DNA of 59,498 bases from a virus (lineage: Duplodnaviria; Caudoviricetes): the IMG/VR virus record IMGVR_UViG_3300037071_001110, positions 1 to 59,498 of that record. The stretch is one strand, 5' to 3'. Under the pieces are notes generated by a model. That model ran no database searches. It was not told where the DNA came from and worked only from the letters and a program-made list of their open reading frames with translations. Below are positions 9,414 to 18,790 of this stretch, one piece after another; positions within the stretch are counted from its first letter, which is position 1; each line of letters starts with the position of its first letter. The position numbers and the translations under genes are program-made.

Positions 9414-10367
9414 ATGACTCAGATTCTTGATCGGGGAGGTCGCGTGATTCGCGCGGCAACTCCCCAGACTTCCTCCTCCGCATACCCGCTCGGGCCACCG
9501 ACCATCGGTGCCGACGGGACGATCAGCGTCGAGAACATGCTCGAACAGCCGACGCGGATCACGCGGATGATCCAGGACATGTCGCTCCAACGCTGGCTAC
9601 TGGACATCATCTTCACGTCAGCAGGCGGGGTGACGGGTGGCGCTGTCATCTACGACGTGCCGGACGAGAACGACATCTACTCGGACCGTGACGTTCAGCG
9701 GGTTCAGCCCGGCAGTGAGTACCCGATCGTTACGTCGAGCATGCCCATCCCCAAGATGGCGGAAGTCGAGAAGTGGGGTGGGAAGGTCTTCATCACGGAC
9801 GAGGCGAGGGACAGAAACTCCTCCGCCAAGTTCACGATGGAGATCAGGAAGCTGACGAACACGATCGTTCGGAAGCTCAACCAGGTGGCCGTGGTCGTCG
9901 TGAACGCCAACTTCACGAGCTACCCGACCCACGTGGTCCCCGGGAACAACTGGACGAACGTCAACATCCAGGGCACATCCCCGACTCCGCTGGCGCAGCA
10001 GCCCATCGCTGACTTCGCCAAGATCCAGCTGCTGGAGGATCAGGAGGAGTTGGGCAACAACGTCAACTACATCATCCTGAACCCGCAGGAGGCGTACCGA
10101 CTCGGGCTGATCTACGGACAGGACTGGGAAGCCGTCCTGAACCTGTACTACCCGGCCGGTCACTACGTCAGCAACCGTCAGCCCGCCGGGACGGCGCTCG
10201 TGTTCGAGGCAGGCAACGTCGGTGAGCTGCGGGTCGAGAAGCCCCTCGGCACCGAGACGTGGCGTGAGGAGAAGACAGAGCGCACCTGGGTCCAGGCGAG
10301 CGTGCGGCCGGTCATGTACGTGACCAACCCGTTCGCGACCTGGAAGCTGACCGGGCTGGCGGGGTGA
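9414..10367 (+). CDS. Major capsid protein
   Basis: 317 aa, V.PGSEYP, EKWGGK..ITDEA, C-terminal V.NP.A..KLTG; strong RBS; synteny. Confidence 0.85.
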   Translation: MTQILDRGGRVIRAATPQTSSSAYPLGPPTIGADGTISVENMLEQPTRITRMIQDMSLQRWLLDIIFTSAGGVTGGAVIYDVPDENDIYSDRDVQRVQPGSEYPIVTSSMPIPKMAEVEKWGGKVFITDEARDRNSSAKFTMEIRKLTNTIVRKLNQVAVVVVNANFTSYPTHVVPGNNWTNVNIQGTSPTPLAQQPIADFAKIQLLEDQEELGNNVNYIILNPQEAYRLGLIYGQDWEAVLNLYYPAGHYVSNRQPAGTALVFEAGNVGELRVEKPLGTETWREEKTERTWVQASVRPVMYVTNPFATWKLTGLAG

Positions 10368-10371
10368 TCGC

Positions 10372-10845
10372 ATGAGCAGCGATGCACCCAACCTGGCCAA
10401 CGAAGCACAGCCCGTGGAGGAGCCTCAGTTCTCCGAGGGTGACGAGGTTCGCGTCAAGGGCGGGATGTACACCAGGCACTTGAAGGATGAGGATGGCAAT
10501 CCGACCGTGGAGGACTTCAAGCACGGGGAGCTTCTCACGCTCACCGAGGCTGACGCAGAACGGTCCGACGCCAACCTCATCTTCGAGGACCCTGACGCTG
10601 CCGAGGCTCGGGAGGCTGAGGCAGAAGCCGCCACGGAGGGCGCGGCCACCGTCGAGGAGGAGCAGCCCGACTACGACGAGTTGGCGGCGCAGCTGGAGGG
10701 CATGACCGTCGCACAGGCGCAGGAGTACCTGAGTGACGCCACGTTCACCGACGCGACGCTGGAGGCTGCCCTGGAGGCCGAGTCGAACGGGCAGAACCGC
10801 TCGTCGCTCAAGGCCTGGATCCAGGAGCAGCTGGAGGCATCATGA
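10372..10845 (+). CDS. Acidic head-associated protein
   Basis: C-terminal LEAE..GQNRSSL..W motif typical of post-capsid genes. Confidence 0.6.
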   Translation: MSSDAPNLANEAQPVEEPQFSEGDEVRVKGGMYTRHLKDEDGNPTVEDFKHGELLTLTEADAERSDANLIFEDPDAAEAREAEAEAATEGAATVEEEQPDYDELAAQLEGMTVAQAQEYLSDATFTDATLEAALEAESNGQNRSSLKAWIQEQLEAS

Positions 10846-11492
10846 GCACAACGGTCCCAACAGCGGCACTGCGGACCCCCTTCGGGTCGGCATTTGCCAT
10901 CGAGCAGTTTGGGACCGGCTACCCTGGCTGGGTGGCGACCCCATACTCGGTCGCTACCCTGCTCAGGGCTAGGACCAAAGACTCCAACGGTCAGGAACTC
11001 GGCTACTGGAGTGACGAGACTCGGCCGACGATCAACCAGGTCTTGGAGTACATCAGGTTGGCCTGCGGGGAGCTACTGCTCTGCACTGGGGCGTGGCTCC
11101 CGCCGCAGCTATGGATGCTCAGTGAGCACGTCATTGCACTGAAGACGGCGCTGCTCATTGAGCTTGCCTACTGGCCCGAGCAGATCATGACGGACCAGTC
11201 GTCATACCTGGAACTCAAAAAGCTCTTTGATGCCGACTCACGCGTACTTTGCGAAGCGGCAAGCCAGTTCCGGCCTGAGGACTTGCCGGACCCGAATGTT
11301 GGACTTGGGGACACGTCGGTCCCCTTGTATTATTTCGGGGATGGGTCTGCGTGTTGTCAGGCGCCTCGGATCGTGTACGATCCAACGACCGAGCGCACGA
11401 TGGTCTGGGGAGGCCGCGTTAGCGAGCTACCCTTGGCCTACTACACGACCGACGATCACCTGCGTCCCATCGTGGTGAACAAGATCAGCTGA
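10842..11492 (+). CDS. Putative head-tail adaptor
   Basis: Synteny; TRPT..QV..YI helical pattern. Confidence 0.55.
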   Translation: MSTTVPTAALRTPFGSAFAIEQFGTGYPGWVATPYSVATLLRARTKDSNGQELGYWSDETRPTINQVLEYIRLACGELLLCTGAWLPPQLWMLSEHVIALKTALLIELAYWPEQIMTDQSSYLELKKLFDADSRVLCEAASQFRPEDLPDPNVGLGDTSVPLYYFGDGSACCQAPRIVYDPTTERTMVWGGRVSELPLAYYTTDDHLRPIVVNKIS

Positions 11493-11581
11493 TGCGAATC
11501 GACACCGCCCTAATCTCAATCTTGATGGCCCTGATGATCTTAGCTATGGTCATCGCGGCCGCATGGGCGGGTTCTCTCTGA
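11492..11581 (+). CDS. 29-aa single-TM miniprotein (not in ORF track)
   Basis: MRIDTALISILMALMILAMVIAAAWAGSL with TGATG overlaps at both ends. Confidence 0.55.
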   Translation: MRIDTALISILMALMILAMVIAAAWAGSL

Positions 11582-12075
11582 TGACCGCTTCCTACCACAT
11601 CGGCATCATGAACCAGGCGGATGTTGGCAAGACCTACGAGCGCATCATCAATCGTGGGCGGAACCTGCGGCCGTACTTCTTGGCGGTCACTCGTGACTTC
11701 CGGCAGATGATGGTCCTCCAGTTCAGCTCAGAGGGGGTCTTTCTGCTAGGGCATCGGTGGCGTCAGCTGTCCGAGAGGACGATCAAAAACAAGGCCAAGC
11801 TTGGGCAAGACCCTCGTATCCTCCACGCCACCCGTCGGATGCGCAAGAGCTTCACGACAGGTGTTGAGGGATACCGAGTGGTCACGAGGGATAGCCTCAC
11901 CATCGACTCCGAGGTTCCATACGCGGGTCTACACCAGACCGGCTATCGGAGTCGATCAGGGTCCTTGGTCCCGAAGCGCCAGATCGTTAGGATCAGGCAG
12001 AAGGATGCGACGCGGTGGGGCAGGATGTACGTCGCATGGATGGTTCACGGGCGGATCATTAGGGAGCAGCTATGA
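11581..12075 (+). CDS. Virion morphogenesis/neck protein (Mu gpG-like)
   Basis: W..LSERT..K..IL..T.RMR.S, VPYA..HQ.G, VPKR. Confidence 0.75.
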   Translation: MTASYHIGIMNQADVGKTYERIINRGRNLRPYFLAVTRDFRQMMVLQFSSEGVFLLGHRWRQLSERTIKNKAKLGQDPRILHATRRMRKSFTTGVEGYRVVTRDSLTIDSEVPYAGLHQTGYRSRSGSLVPKRQIVRIRQKDATRWGRMYVAWMVHGRIIREQL

Positions 12076-12716
12076 GGGAGTTCACCCCTCATACTCTCCC
12101 TACCGTCATCACCGGCATCGATGTCGAGCAGGCGGTCTATGAAACTCTGAAGCCACGGCTCGACTACTACATGCCACAGCTTGGCTATCCGCCGATCAGG
12201 GCGTGGGTGTTCACCGCTGAGTTTGACAAGTTTCCCGAGGATCAGGTCCCTGTGATGAACATCCAGGTTCCTAACCTCTTTGACGAGCCCACTAAGCTCC
12301 AGATGATGTACATCGCCCGGTGGGCGGTGATCTGTGAGGCGTACGTCTCGGCCAAGACCGAGGCGGACACTCGCAAGATGGCGCGTGACATTGGCGCGCT
12401 AGTGCGAGCAACGCTCGTACAAGAACCGGGGCTCCACGGCTTCGCAAGAGCCGTCGATTGGGTAGGCGAGAACTACACACAGTTGCCTCCAATCGAGCGT
12501 CGGAGCAAGGCCACTGCTGAGATCAGCTTCGTCGTTGAGGTTGGTGAAGCAGTATCCACCTATGAGCTTCCATACATGCCTGAGGGGCCGCCGCCAACAC
12601 CGGGGCCGCTTGCGCAGGAGGCGGAAGCTGAGGTGGACGTTACGCCCAAACCAGTAGTCTGGACACAAAAGGGGCGTCCGGGTGTGCTGGTGAATACAGA
12701 GGGAGGTGATGAGTGA
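12072..12716 (+). CDS. Putative tail terminator
   Basis: Position immediately before the sheath gene. Confidence 0.5.
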   Translation: MREFTPHTLPTVITGIDVEQAVYETLKPRLDYYMPQLGYPPIRAWVFTAEFDKFPEDQVPVMNIQVPNLFDEPTKLQMMYIARWAVICEAYVSAKTEADTRKMARDIGALVRATLVQEPGLHGFARAVDWVGENYTQLPPIERRSKATAEISFVVEVGEAVSTYELPYMPEGPPPTPGPLAQEAEAEVDVTPKPVVWTQKGRPGVLVNTEGGDE

Positions 12717-14143
12717 GACCAGGAGTGGAAGTCACGGTTCAGGACGCAGTTCCTGCCCGTTCAGCCCCCACAGATGTTGACACCTGGTTCGCAGTCGGCG
12801 TCACAGAGAAGGGCGGTGCTGAGCCCAATCTGGTTCGGTCGATGGCAGACTTCGAGCGCATCTACGGATCGCGTGCGTCGTACGCCACGACCTTCTGGGA
12901 CAGCATGGACGCCTACTTCCGTGAGGGAGGCGGCAAGGCGTGGGTGGCTCGGGTTCTGGATGCGACGGCCGTAGAGGCCAGTCTCACGATCGGAACCTGG
13001 ACCAAGGTGACGGCGAACGGCGCTGGTACTTGGGGCAACGCTCTCAAGGTTGGCACCGTTGCGGGCGTCGGGGCAGGCTCGGTCCAGGTGGTCGTTCAGG
13101 ACGCGGCGAGTGCTCTGCTCGAAATGTCGCCGGAGTTCACGACCAAGCCCGACCTCCTTGCGTGGGAGGGGCAGTACGTCCACATTGTGGACACGACCCC
13201 CGCAGACGTGACGATGCCGCCGGTAACGGCGCCAGCGTCGATGACCGGCGGTGTGTTCACCTCAGCCAGCGTGGTCGAAGCCGACTACATCAAGGCCCTA
13301 AGCACGTTGGGCCTCAATCTCGGGCCGGGCCAGGTCAGCATCCCTGGGATCACAACCTCCACGGGGCACAAGGCGATCCTTGCGCACGCGGCACAGAAGA
13401 ACCGCGTGGCGATCCTCGATGCTCCGGACAACTCGACCGCCGCCGGGCTGATCTCGGCCGTGACGGCGATCCGTCAGGATGTCAACGCACGCTACGGTGC
13501 GATGTTCGCCCCTCGGGTGATCATCCCTGGCGTCGTGCCGAACACCGTGCGGGAGATTCCGTACAGCCCCATCCAGGCTGGCCTGATCTCTCGGTCCTTC
13601 GAGCAACTACAGCCCGCCGCTGGCGTCAACGGCATCAGCCGGATCGGGCTCGCGGTCAAGTACGAGTGGACCGACGTGGAGAGGCAGCAGCTGAACGAGG
13701 GCGGTGTGGACATCGTCCGCAACATGGACAACACGATCCGCACCTATGGCTACCGGACCCTCGTGGACCCGGTCAAGCTTCCGGCGTGGGTGCAGCTGAA
13801 CACGACGCGGATCGTCATGGCCGTGAAGGCCCAGGCCGAGGTCGCTGCGGAGAGTCACGTGTTCCGCAACATCGACGGCAAGGGCATTGAGATCGCCTCG
13901 CTCCACGGCGACCTCGTGGCCATCTGTGTCCAGTTCTACAACCAGAACGCGCTCTACGGTTCCAAGCCGGACGAGGCATTCGCTGTGGACACGGGCTCGG
14001 CGGTCAACACGCCGGAGTCCATCGCCAGGGGTGAGCTTCGCGCAAACGTCATGCTCAGGACCTCCCCGTTCAGCGAGTTGGTCGTCATCAACATCATCAA
14101 GGTGCCACTGCCCTCGACGGGCGTGGACGCCAGCCTGGTCTGA
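12713..14143 (+). CDS. Tail sheath protein
   Basis: MRPGVEV, G.TEKG, YF.EGG, GTWGN, R.AILD.P, YG.RTL, sheath C-terminal pattern. Confidence 0.92.
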   Translation: MRPGVEVTVQDAVPARSAPTDVDTWFAVGVTEKGGAEPNLVRSMADFERIYGSRASYATTFWDSMDAYFREGGGKAWVARVLDATAVEASLTIGTWTKVTANGAGTWGNALKVGTVAGVGAGSVQVVVQDAASALLEMSPEFTTKPDLLAWEGQYVHIVDTTPADVTMPPVTAPASMTGGVFTSASVVEADYIKALSTLGLNLGPGQVSIPGITTSTGHKAILAHAAQKNRVAILDAPDNSTAAGLISAVTAIRQDVNARYGAMFAPRVIIPGVVPNTVREIPYSPIQAGLISRSFEQLQPAAGVNGISRIGLAVKYEWTDVERQQLNEGGVDIVRNMDNTIRTYGYRTLVDPVKLPAWVQLNTTRIVMAVKAQAEVAAESHVFRNIDGKGIEIASLHGDLVAICVQFYNQNALYGSKPDEAFAVDTGSAVNTPESIARGELRANVMLRTSPFSELVVINIIKVPLPSTGVDASLV

Positions 14144-14146
14144 CCT

Positions 14147-14644
14147 ATGGCGTTCGCAACCTACCCCGAACTGCTTGCCGCTCTCCCGGACAACAACGTC
14201 GGGCTGATCGATGCGAGCGACGTACGCGCAATAGCAGAAATGCTCGTCCCTTCGTGGGTCATGGTTCGGGGGCAGGATGTCACGCTCAATCTGGAGCAGG
14301 GCGTTGAGCTGGACTTCCCGGCAATCCCGATCCATGCGGCCTCGGAGGATGACTGGAGCCCAGACACCCTGGTGACCTACGAGTCTGCCGTTCACCGGAT
14401 TGCCGAGTTCCGTGCTCTGATCAGAGGAGACGCGGATGTGTCATACCGCCTCAACTCTCTGGCTGGAGTTCTATGCGAGGCATCTGGTACGGAGGTCAGC
14501 ATGTCGGCGCTGACCCCCATTCTACCCGGAGACGCACTTTGGTTCTCCGTGTTACAAGACTCACAGCCGACGATGACCCTGAACATCGATCAAGTCCAGT
14601 TGGACGGCGTGGCGTTCTTGCTCAAGCCCGCCGCAACTCCCTGA
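14147..14644 (+). CDS. Hypothetical virion protein
   Basis: ORF between sheath and tube; LPDNN.G.I.A.DVR motif. Confidence 0.6.
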   Translation: MAFATYPELLAALPDNNVGLIDASDVRAIAEMLVPSWVMVRGQDVTLNLEQGVELDFPAIPIHAASEDDWSPDTLVTYESAVHRIAEFRALIRGDADVSYRLNSLAGVLCEASGTEVSMSALTPILPGDALWFSVLQDSQPTMTLNIDQVQLDGVAFLLKPAATP

Positions 14645-14656
14645 GGAGGTTAGCGC

Positions 14657-15073
14657 ATGAGCCGCGCAGACCAGTACGCTGTCCTCGTCACCATTGATGG
14701 CGTGGACACCGGGATCTGGGACAAGCTCAGCGGCGGAGAAGTTGACTCCGAGGAACTGAAGTACAAGCCGGGTGGTATGGCTCGTCAGATCAGTCTCGGC
14801 GGTTCCGTCAACGTGGGCAACGTCACAGTCTCCCGACTCTATGACCTCGCCCGTGATCACATGCGCCTCGGCACGTGGATCGCAGGAGTGGGCAGGTCGC
14901 GAGTCATCATCAAGAAGCAGCCGCTGGATCTCAACGCCGTTGCCTTCGGGCCTCCGGTCACCTACACGGGGATTCTCAAGATGGTCACCCCGCCTGAGGT
15001 GGACTCGGAAGCCACGGACGCCGCGCTCGTTGAGCTGGAAGTGACCACGGACGGCGAAGTGACGGTGATCTGA
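14657..15073 (+). CDS. Tail tube protein
   Basis: 138 aa after the sheath; GGE.DSE..KYKPGGM, NVTVSR. Confidence 0.8.
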   Translation: MSRADQYAVLVTIDGVDTGIWDKLSGGEVDSEELKYKPGGMARQISLGGSVNVGNVTVSRLYDLARDHMRLGTWIAGVGRSRVIIKKQPLDLNAVAFGPPVTYTGILKMVTPPEVDSEATDAALVELEVTTDGEVTVI

Positions 15074-15591
15074 TGGAGGACTTCGACCAGGGGGCCGAGG
15101 CCACCAAGCAGCCGGTCTCAAATGAGATCGAGCGCCTGCGTGAACTCCGTCGAGGCATCACCGAGAACAGAACTGTCGACATCGAGGTTCCCGGATACCA
15201 CAATCTGCTGGTGGCCCGTTACCGCCTGCTGGATTGGAAGACAGTCCGGGGAATCGTCAAGCGGTTGGAGGGGCGGAACAATCAGTCTGAGTCGGAAATG
15301 CTCGCTCAGATGGACACCATCGCGTCCGCGTGCGTCGAGCTACTCCTCCGCAAAGACGACGGCTCCTTGGTCGGAATGGACGATGACTACGGTCCCGTCC
15401 GCTACGACAGGCAGCTGTGCAAGATCCTTGAGCTACCCGAGCCTGCGACGGCGCGAGAGGCAATCGTCTCTCTGTTCGTGAGCGACATGGCCATCGTCGG
15501 ACACCACGCGAAGCTCATCACGTGGATGCAGGGCGAGCAGGAAGAAGTGGATGAGGAGTTCCTGGGGGAATCTCTGGGGCAGCTTCCATAG
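15073..15591 (+). CDS. Tail assembly chaperone (gpG-like)
   Basis: Between tube and tape measure; slippery G-GGG-GAA at 15564-15570. Confidence 0.8.
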   Translation: MEDFDQGAEATKQPVSNEIERLRELRRGITENRTVDIEVPGYHNLLVARYRLLDWKTVRGIVKRLEGRNNQSESEMLAQMDTIASACVELLLRKDDGSLVGMDDDYGPVRYDRQLCKILELPEPATAREAIVSLFVSDMAIVGHHAKLITWMQGEQEEVDEEFLGESLGQLP

Positions 15592-15779
15592 AGAATGCTG
15601 CCCGAGCCGCTATCCTTGGACTCGATCCGTTCAGGGTTTTGAGGGCTAGCCCGGATGATGCTCTAGTCGTCCGGGCAATGCTCTCTAAGGCAGACGAGAT
15701 CCACCTTGCCTACCAGAAGCGTCAAGCAGTTCTGATCGGTAACGAAATCGCAAGAATCTTGAAGAGGATGTTTGGTTAG
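15073..15779 (+). CDS. Tail assembly chaperone, -1 frameshift product (gpGT-like)
   Basis: -1 frame from 15564 stays open (ISGAASIENAARAAILGLDPF...KRMFG) to TAG 15777-15779, overlapping the tape-measure GTG. Confidence 0.75.
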
Positions 15780-18040
15780 TGGCCACGACTGAACAAATCT
15801 TAATCACCGAGAAGATTCTTGGTCACAACAAGATGCTGACTCAGCTGGGTCAGTCTCGCGCCGCTCTGCGAAAGACTGCTGCCGCTGCGACGGCCACCGG
15901 CACTGCTGCGGATAGCGCGGCCAAGAAGGGCCGCAAGTCGATGGGCATGATGAGTCGCGTCATGCTCGGCCTCCGCTCGATCTGGCTGACCGCCTCGGTG
16001 ACGGCAGCCTTCGCTCTTGCTCGATCTGCAGCATCAGCCATCGGCTTTGAGAAGACACTGCGCGAGGCAGCCTCTGTCGCGAGCAAGCACGGGGTTGTGA
16101 TCCAGAAGGATTACGAGGCGATGGCGGATGCAGCTTTCAATGCCGCTGAGAGGACAAAGTTCAGCAATGCTGAGGCGGCGTCGGCGCTCGGTGAGCTAGC
16201 AGCCTCCGGGTTCAACACCAAGGAGTCCATCGACTCCCTGCAGGGCACTTTGTATCTCGCGCAGGCAACTAACACGGACTTGACTGAGTCTGCCAAGTAC
16301 CAGGCCGCGACCATCAACCAGTTCGGACTAGAGGCTAAGGATGCTGGACGAGTGGCCGATGTGTTCACTCAGGCGATCAACAAGTCCGCTCTCAAGATGG
16401 ATGACCTCGGCTACTCCATGAAGTACGTCGGCCCTGTCGCCAAGGGTCTTGGTAGTAGCCTGACGGATACGGTCGGCACTCTTGCCGCTCTAAGCAACGT
16501 TGGTATCAAGGGCAGCCAGGCCGGCACCTCACTACGCGCGGGTATGTTGCGCCTCGCGGCCCCGACCAAGATGGTCAGGAGGGGCCTCGACAAGATGAAC
16601 GCTTCGGCCAAGGACTTCTATGGGCCGAAGGGCTTGCTCCCGCTACCCAAGTTGATCGACAAGATGAGGGAGAAGACAAAGGGCCTCTCCGTCATCAACA
16701 AGAAGGCCGCCATTGCTCAGATCGTCGGTCGTGAGGCTTCATCGGCGTGGATCGCCCTCCTCGACATGGCGCCAGGCAAGATCGAAAAGATGGTCAAGGC
16801 GGTCGACAAGTCCAGAGGCATGGCGAAGAAGGTTGCGCAGGACCAGCAGAAGACAGTCGGGGCGCAGCTGGAGCGGATCCAAGGTATCTTCGAGTCCCTC
16901 ATCGGTCGTTGGCTTCTAGCGAACTCTGGACAGCTTCAAGAGTGGCTGTCGTCCTTCGCCGATGGACTGAAGTCTCTTGCCGACCCTGCCTCAAATGCCG
17001 GGAAGTTCATCCGCACTTTTGGAGAGACTCTAAAGCAGATTCTCCGGATTGGTGGCAAGCTAGTCCAAGGCTTTGCGGGGCCGTTGGCAATAGCCTTTGT
17101 CGGGATCTACTACGCCTTGAAGGTGCTGAACCCAGTCCTTGAGTTCTTGGGCGATCACATGGATGTCATCGCTCCTATCCTTCTGGGCTTCATCGGCGGA
17201 TTTGCGGCTTGGAAGTTGATCTCGAAGGGGACAACGGCAATCAAGGGAATGAGCACAGCGGTCAAGGGCCTCGGGACTGCATTCAAGACTTCGATGAAGG
17301 GCACGATCATTGGGATCATCGTTGCCCTCGTCTACTTGTTCATCGAACTGTATCAGAACAACGAGACGTTCCGCAAAGCGGTACAAGCGACCATGGCTTG
17401 GATCATCATGGCCGGTCAGAAGGTTGTTTCCGCCTTCGTTTGGATTAAGGACACGGCTGTGATAGTGTGGGACTGGATCAAGGCTCACTGGCCGCTTCTG
17501 CTCGCGATCCTCTTTGGCCCATTCGGTCTTGCGACGTTGAAGATCATCGAAAACTGGGGCAAGATCAAGAACTTCTTCATCAACCTGCCAGGCAAGATCG
17601 GCGGGTGGCTCGCCAGCTTGCCCGGGCTCCTCTATGAGTGGGGCAAGAGAGCCGGGACGGCACTGATCAATGCTATCGCGAGCGCGATCAGGGCGGCCCC
17701 TGGCGCGATCTTCGATGCCGTCAAGTCGGCAGTTGAAGGGATTAGCATCGGCGGCTTTGATGTCGGTAGCGATCTCATGAGCTTGGCCGACCGCGCGACA
17801 CCGGGTGCCTCTGGTGGATTGGTCAATACGAGCGGTAGGTTCTTGGTCGGAGAGCAGGGGCCTGAACTCATCAACTTGCCGACCGGGTCACGGATAGTGC
17901 CGAATGAAGCCATAGCTGCCTCTGTCGGCAATTGGAGTAGTGGTGGTGGGCTAAACATCACTGTTCCGCTCATCGTAGATGGTAGGCAAATCGCGGAAGC
18001 GAATCACAAGGCCAGTCTCCAGAGAGCCGCGAGGCGATAG
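15779..18040 (+). CDS. Tape measure protein (TP901-like)
   Basis: T.FS..EAA.A..LA..G, GIKGSQAGT.LR, Trp-periodic helices, C-terminal VGEQGPEL. Confidence 0.93.
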   Translation: MATTEQILITEKILGHNKMLTQLGQSRAALRKTAAAATATGTAADSAAKKGRKSMGMMSRVMLGLRSIWLTASVTAAFALARSAASAIGFEKTLREAASVASKHGVVIQKDYEAMADAAFNAAERTKFSNAEAASALGELAASGFNTKESIDSLQGTLYLAQATNTDLTESAKYQAATINQFGLEAKDAGRVADVFTQAINKSALKMDDLGYSMKYVGPVAKGLGSSLTDTVGTLAALSNVGIKGSQAGTSLRAGMLRLAAPTKMVRRGLDKMNASAKDFYGPKGLLPLPKLIDKMREKTKGLSVINKKAAIAQIVGREASSAWIALLDMAPGKIEKMVKAVDKSRGMAKKVAQDQQKTVGAQLERIQGIFESLIGRWLLANSGQLQEWLSSFADGLKSLADPASNAGKFIRTFGETLKQILRIGGKLVQGFAGPLAIAFVGIYYALKVLNPVLEFLGDHMDVIAPILLGFIGGFAAWKLISKGTTAIKGMSTAVKGLGTAFKTSMKGTIIGIIVALVYLFIELYQNNETFRKAVQATMAWIIMAGQKVVSAFVWIKDTAVIVWDWIKAHWPLLLAILFGPFGLATLKIIENWGKIKNFFINLPGKIGGWLASLPGLLYEWGKRAGTALINAIASAIRAAPGAIFDAVKSAVEGISIGGFDVGSDLMSLADRATPGASGGLVNTSGRFLVGEQGPELINLPTGSRIVPNEAIAASVGNWSSGGGLNITVPLIVDGRQIAEANHKASLQRAARR

Positions 18041-18790
18041 ATGCCAGCCAGACAGCCCAAACCGCGTCCGGTCCCGATGCGTCGGCCCGCGCCACCGCCG
18101 ACCTTCAAATCTATCGACACGAGCCCGCGTTGGAAGAACTACCCATTCTCCGGCGGCGATCCGTCCCAACAGGGCAGGATTGTGATTCAGTCCGCCTTTG
18201 GAGTCGCGGTCGAGTGCTGGCTTGACGAGTCGATGCCGACAATCTCCGGTGGCGAGGGGATCTACGACGAGATTGAGCGCCCGAAGCGCAAGGCTGCGAT
18301 CCACTGGAATGGATCAAACCTCCTCCGTATGACGGTTGGCTGCATTCTCGACCGATTCACCACCAACCAATCCATCGAGCCGGAGATTGCTAAGGTTGAG
18401 ATGCTGCCCAAGTCGCGCGGGCCTATTGGGACGCCGCCTCCTCCCGTGAGGATTGCCGGTCCGGTTCCGCACCAGCACACAATCTGGTTCGTGGAGTCCA
18501 TCGAGTGGGGCGACTCGATTTGGGATGGGGTCGTAAGGCAGCGTCAGCAGTTCACTTTGAACTTGGTCGAGAGGATGGAACTCAACGTCGCGCTGAAGAG
18601 GCAGGTCAAGCCGGTGACCGGCAAGTACGGGACCTACCATCTCAAGAAGGGCGAGACGCTCAAAGAGGTCGCCAAGAAGAAGCTTGGCAGTGCATCAAAG
18701 TGGACCCTTTTGAGGAACAAGAACGGCAAGAGGTTCTTGAAGAATGAGGGCCACGCGGTCGGTACGATTGTGAAGTACCCGACCTCATGA
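18041..18790 (+). CDS. LysM-containing tail tube initiator/baseplate protein
   Basis: C-terminal Y.LKKGETL..VA.K.LG...W..L..N. Confidence 0.75.
   Translation: MPARQPKPRPVPMRRPAPPPTFKSIDTSPRWKNYPFSGGDPSQQGRIVIQSAFGVAVECWLDESMPTISGGEGIYDEIERPKRKAAIHWNGSNLLRMTVGCILDRFTTNQSIEPEIAKVEMLPKSRGPIGTPPPPVRIAGPVPHQHTIWFVESIEWGDSIWDGVVRQRQQFTLNLVERMELNVALKRQVKPVTGKYGTYHLKKGETLKEVAKKKLGSASKWTLLRNKNGKRFLKNEGHAVGTIVKYPTS

Noticed and set aside
12940-14395. Long alternative-frame and antisense ORFs (also 9618-10400, 28045-28908, 29121-30053, 51544-52179)
   Set aside because: Shadow ORFs expected from high-GC codon bias or repeats; no motifs or RBS
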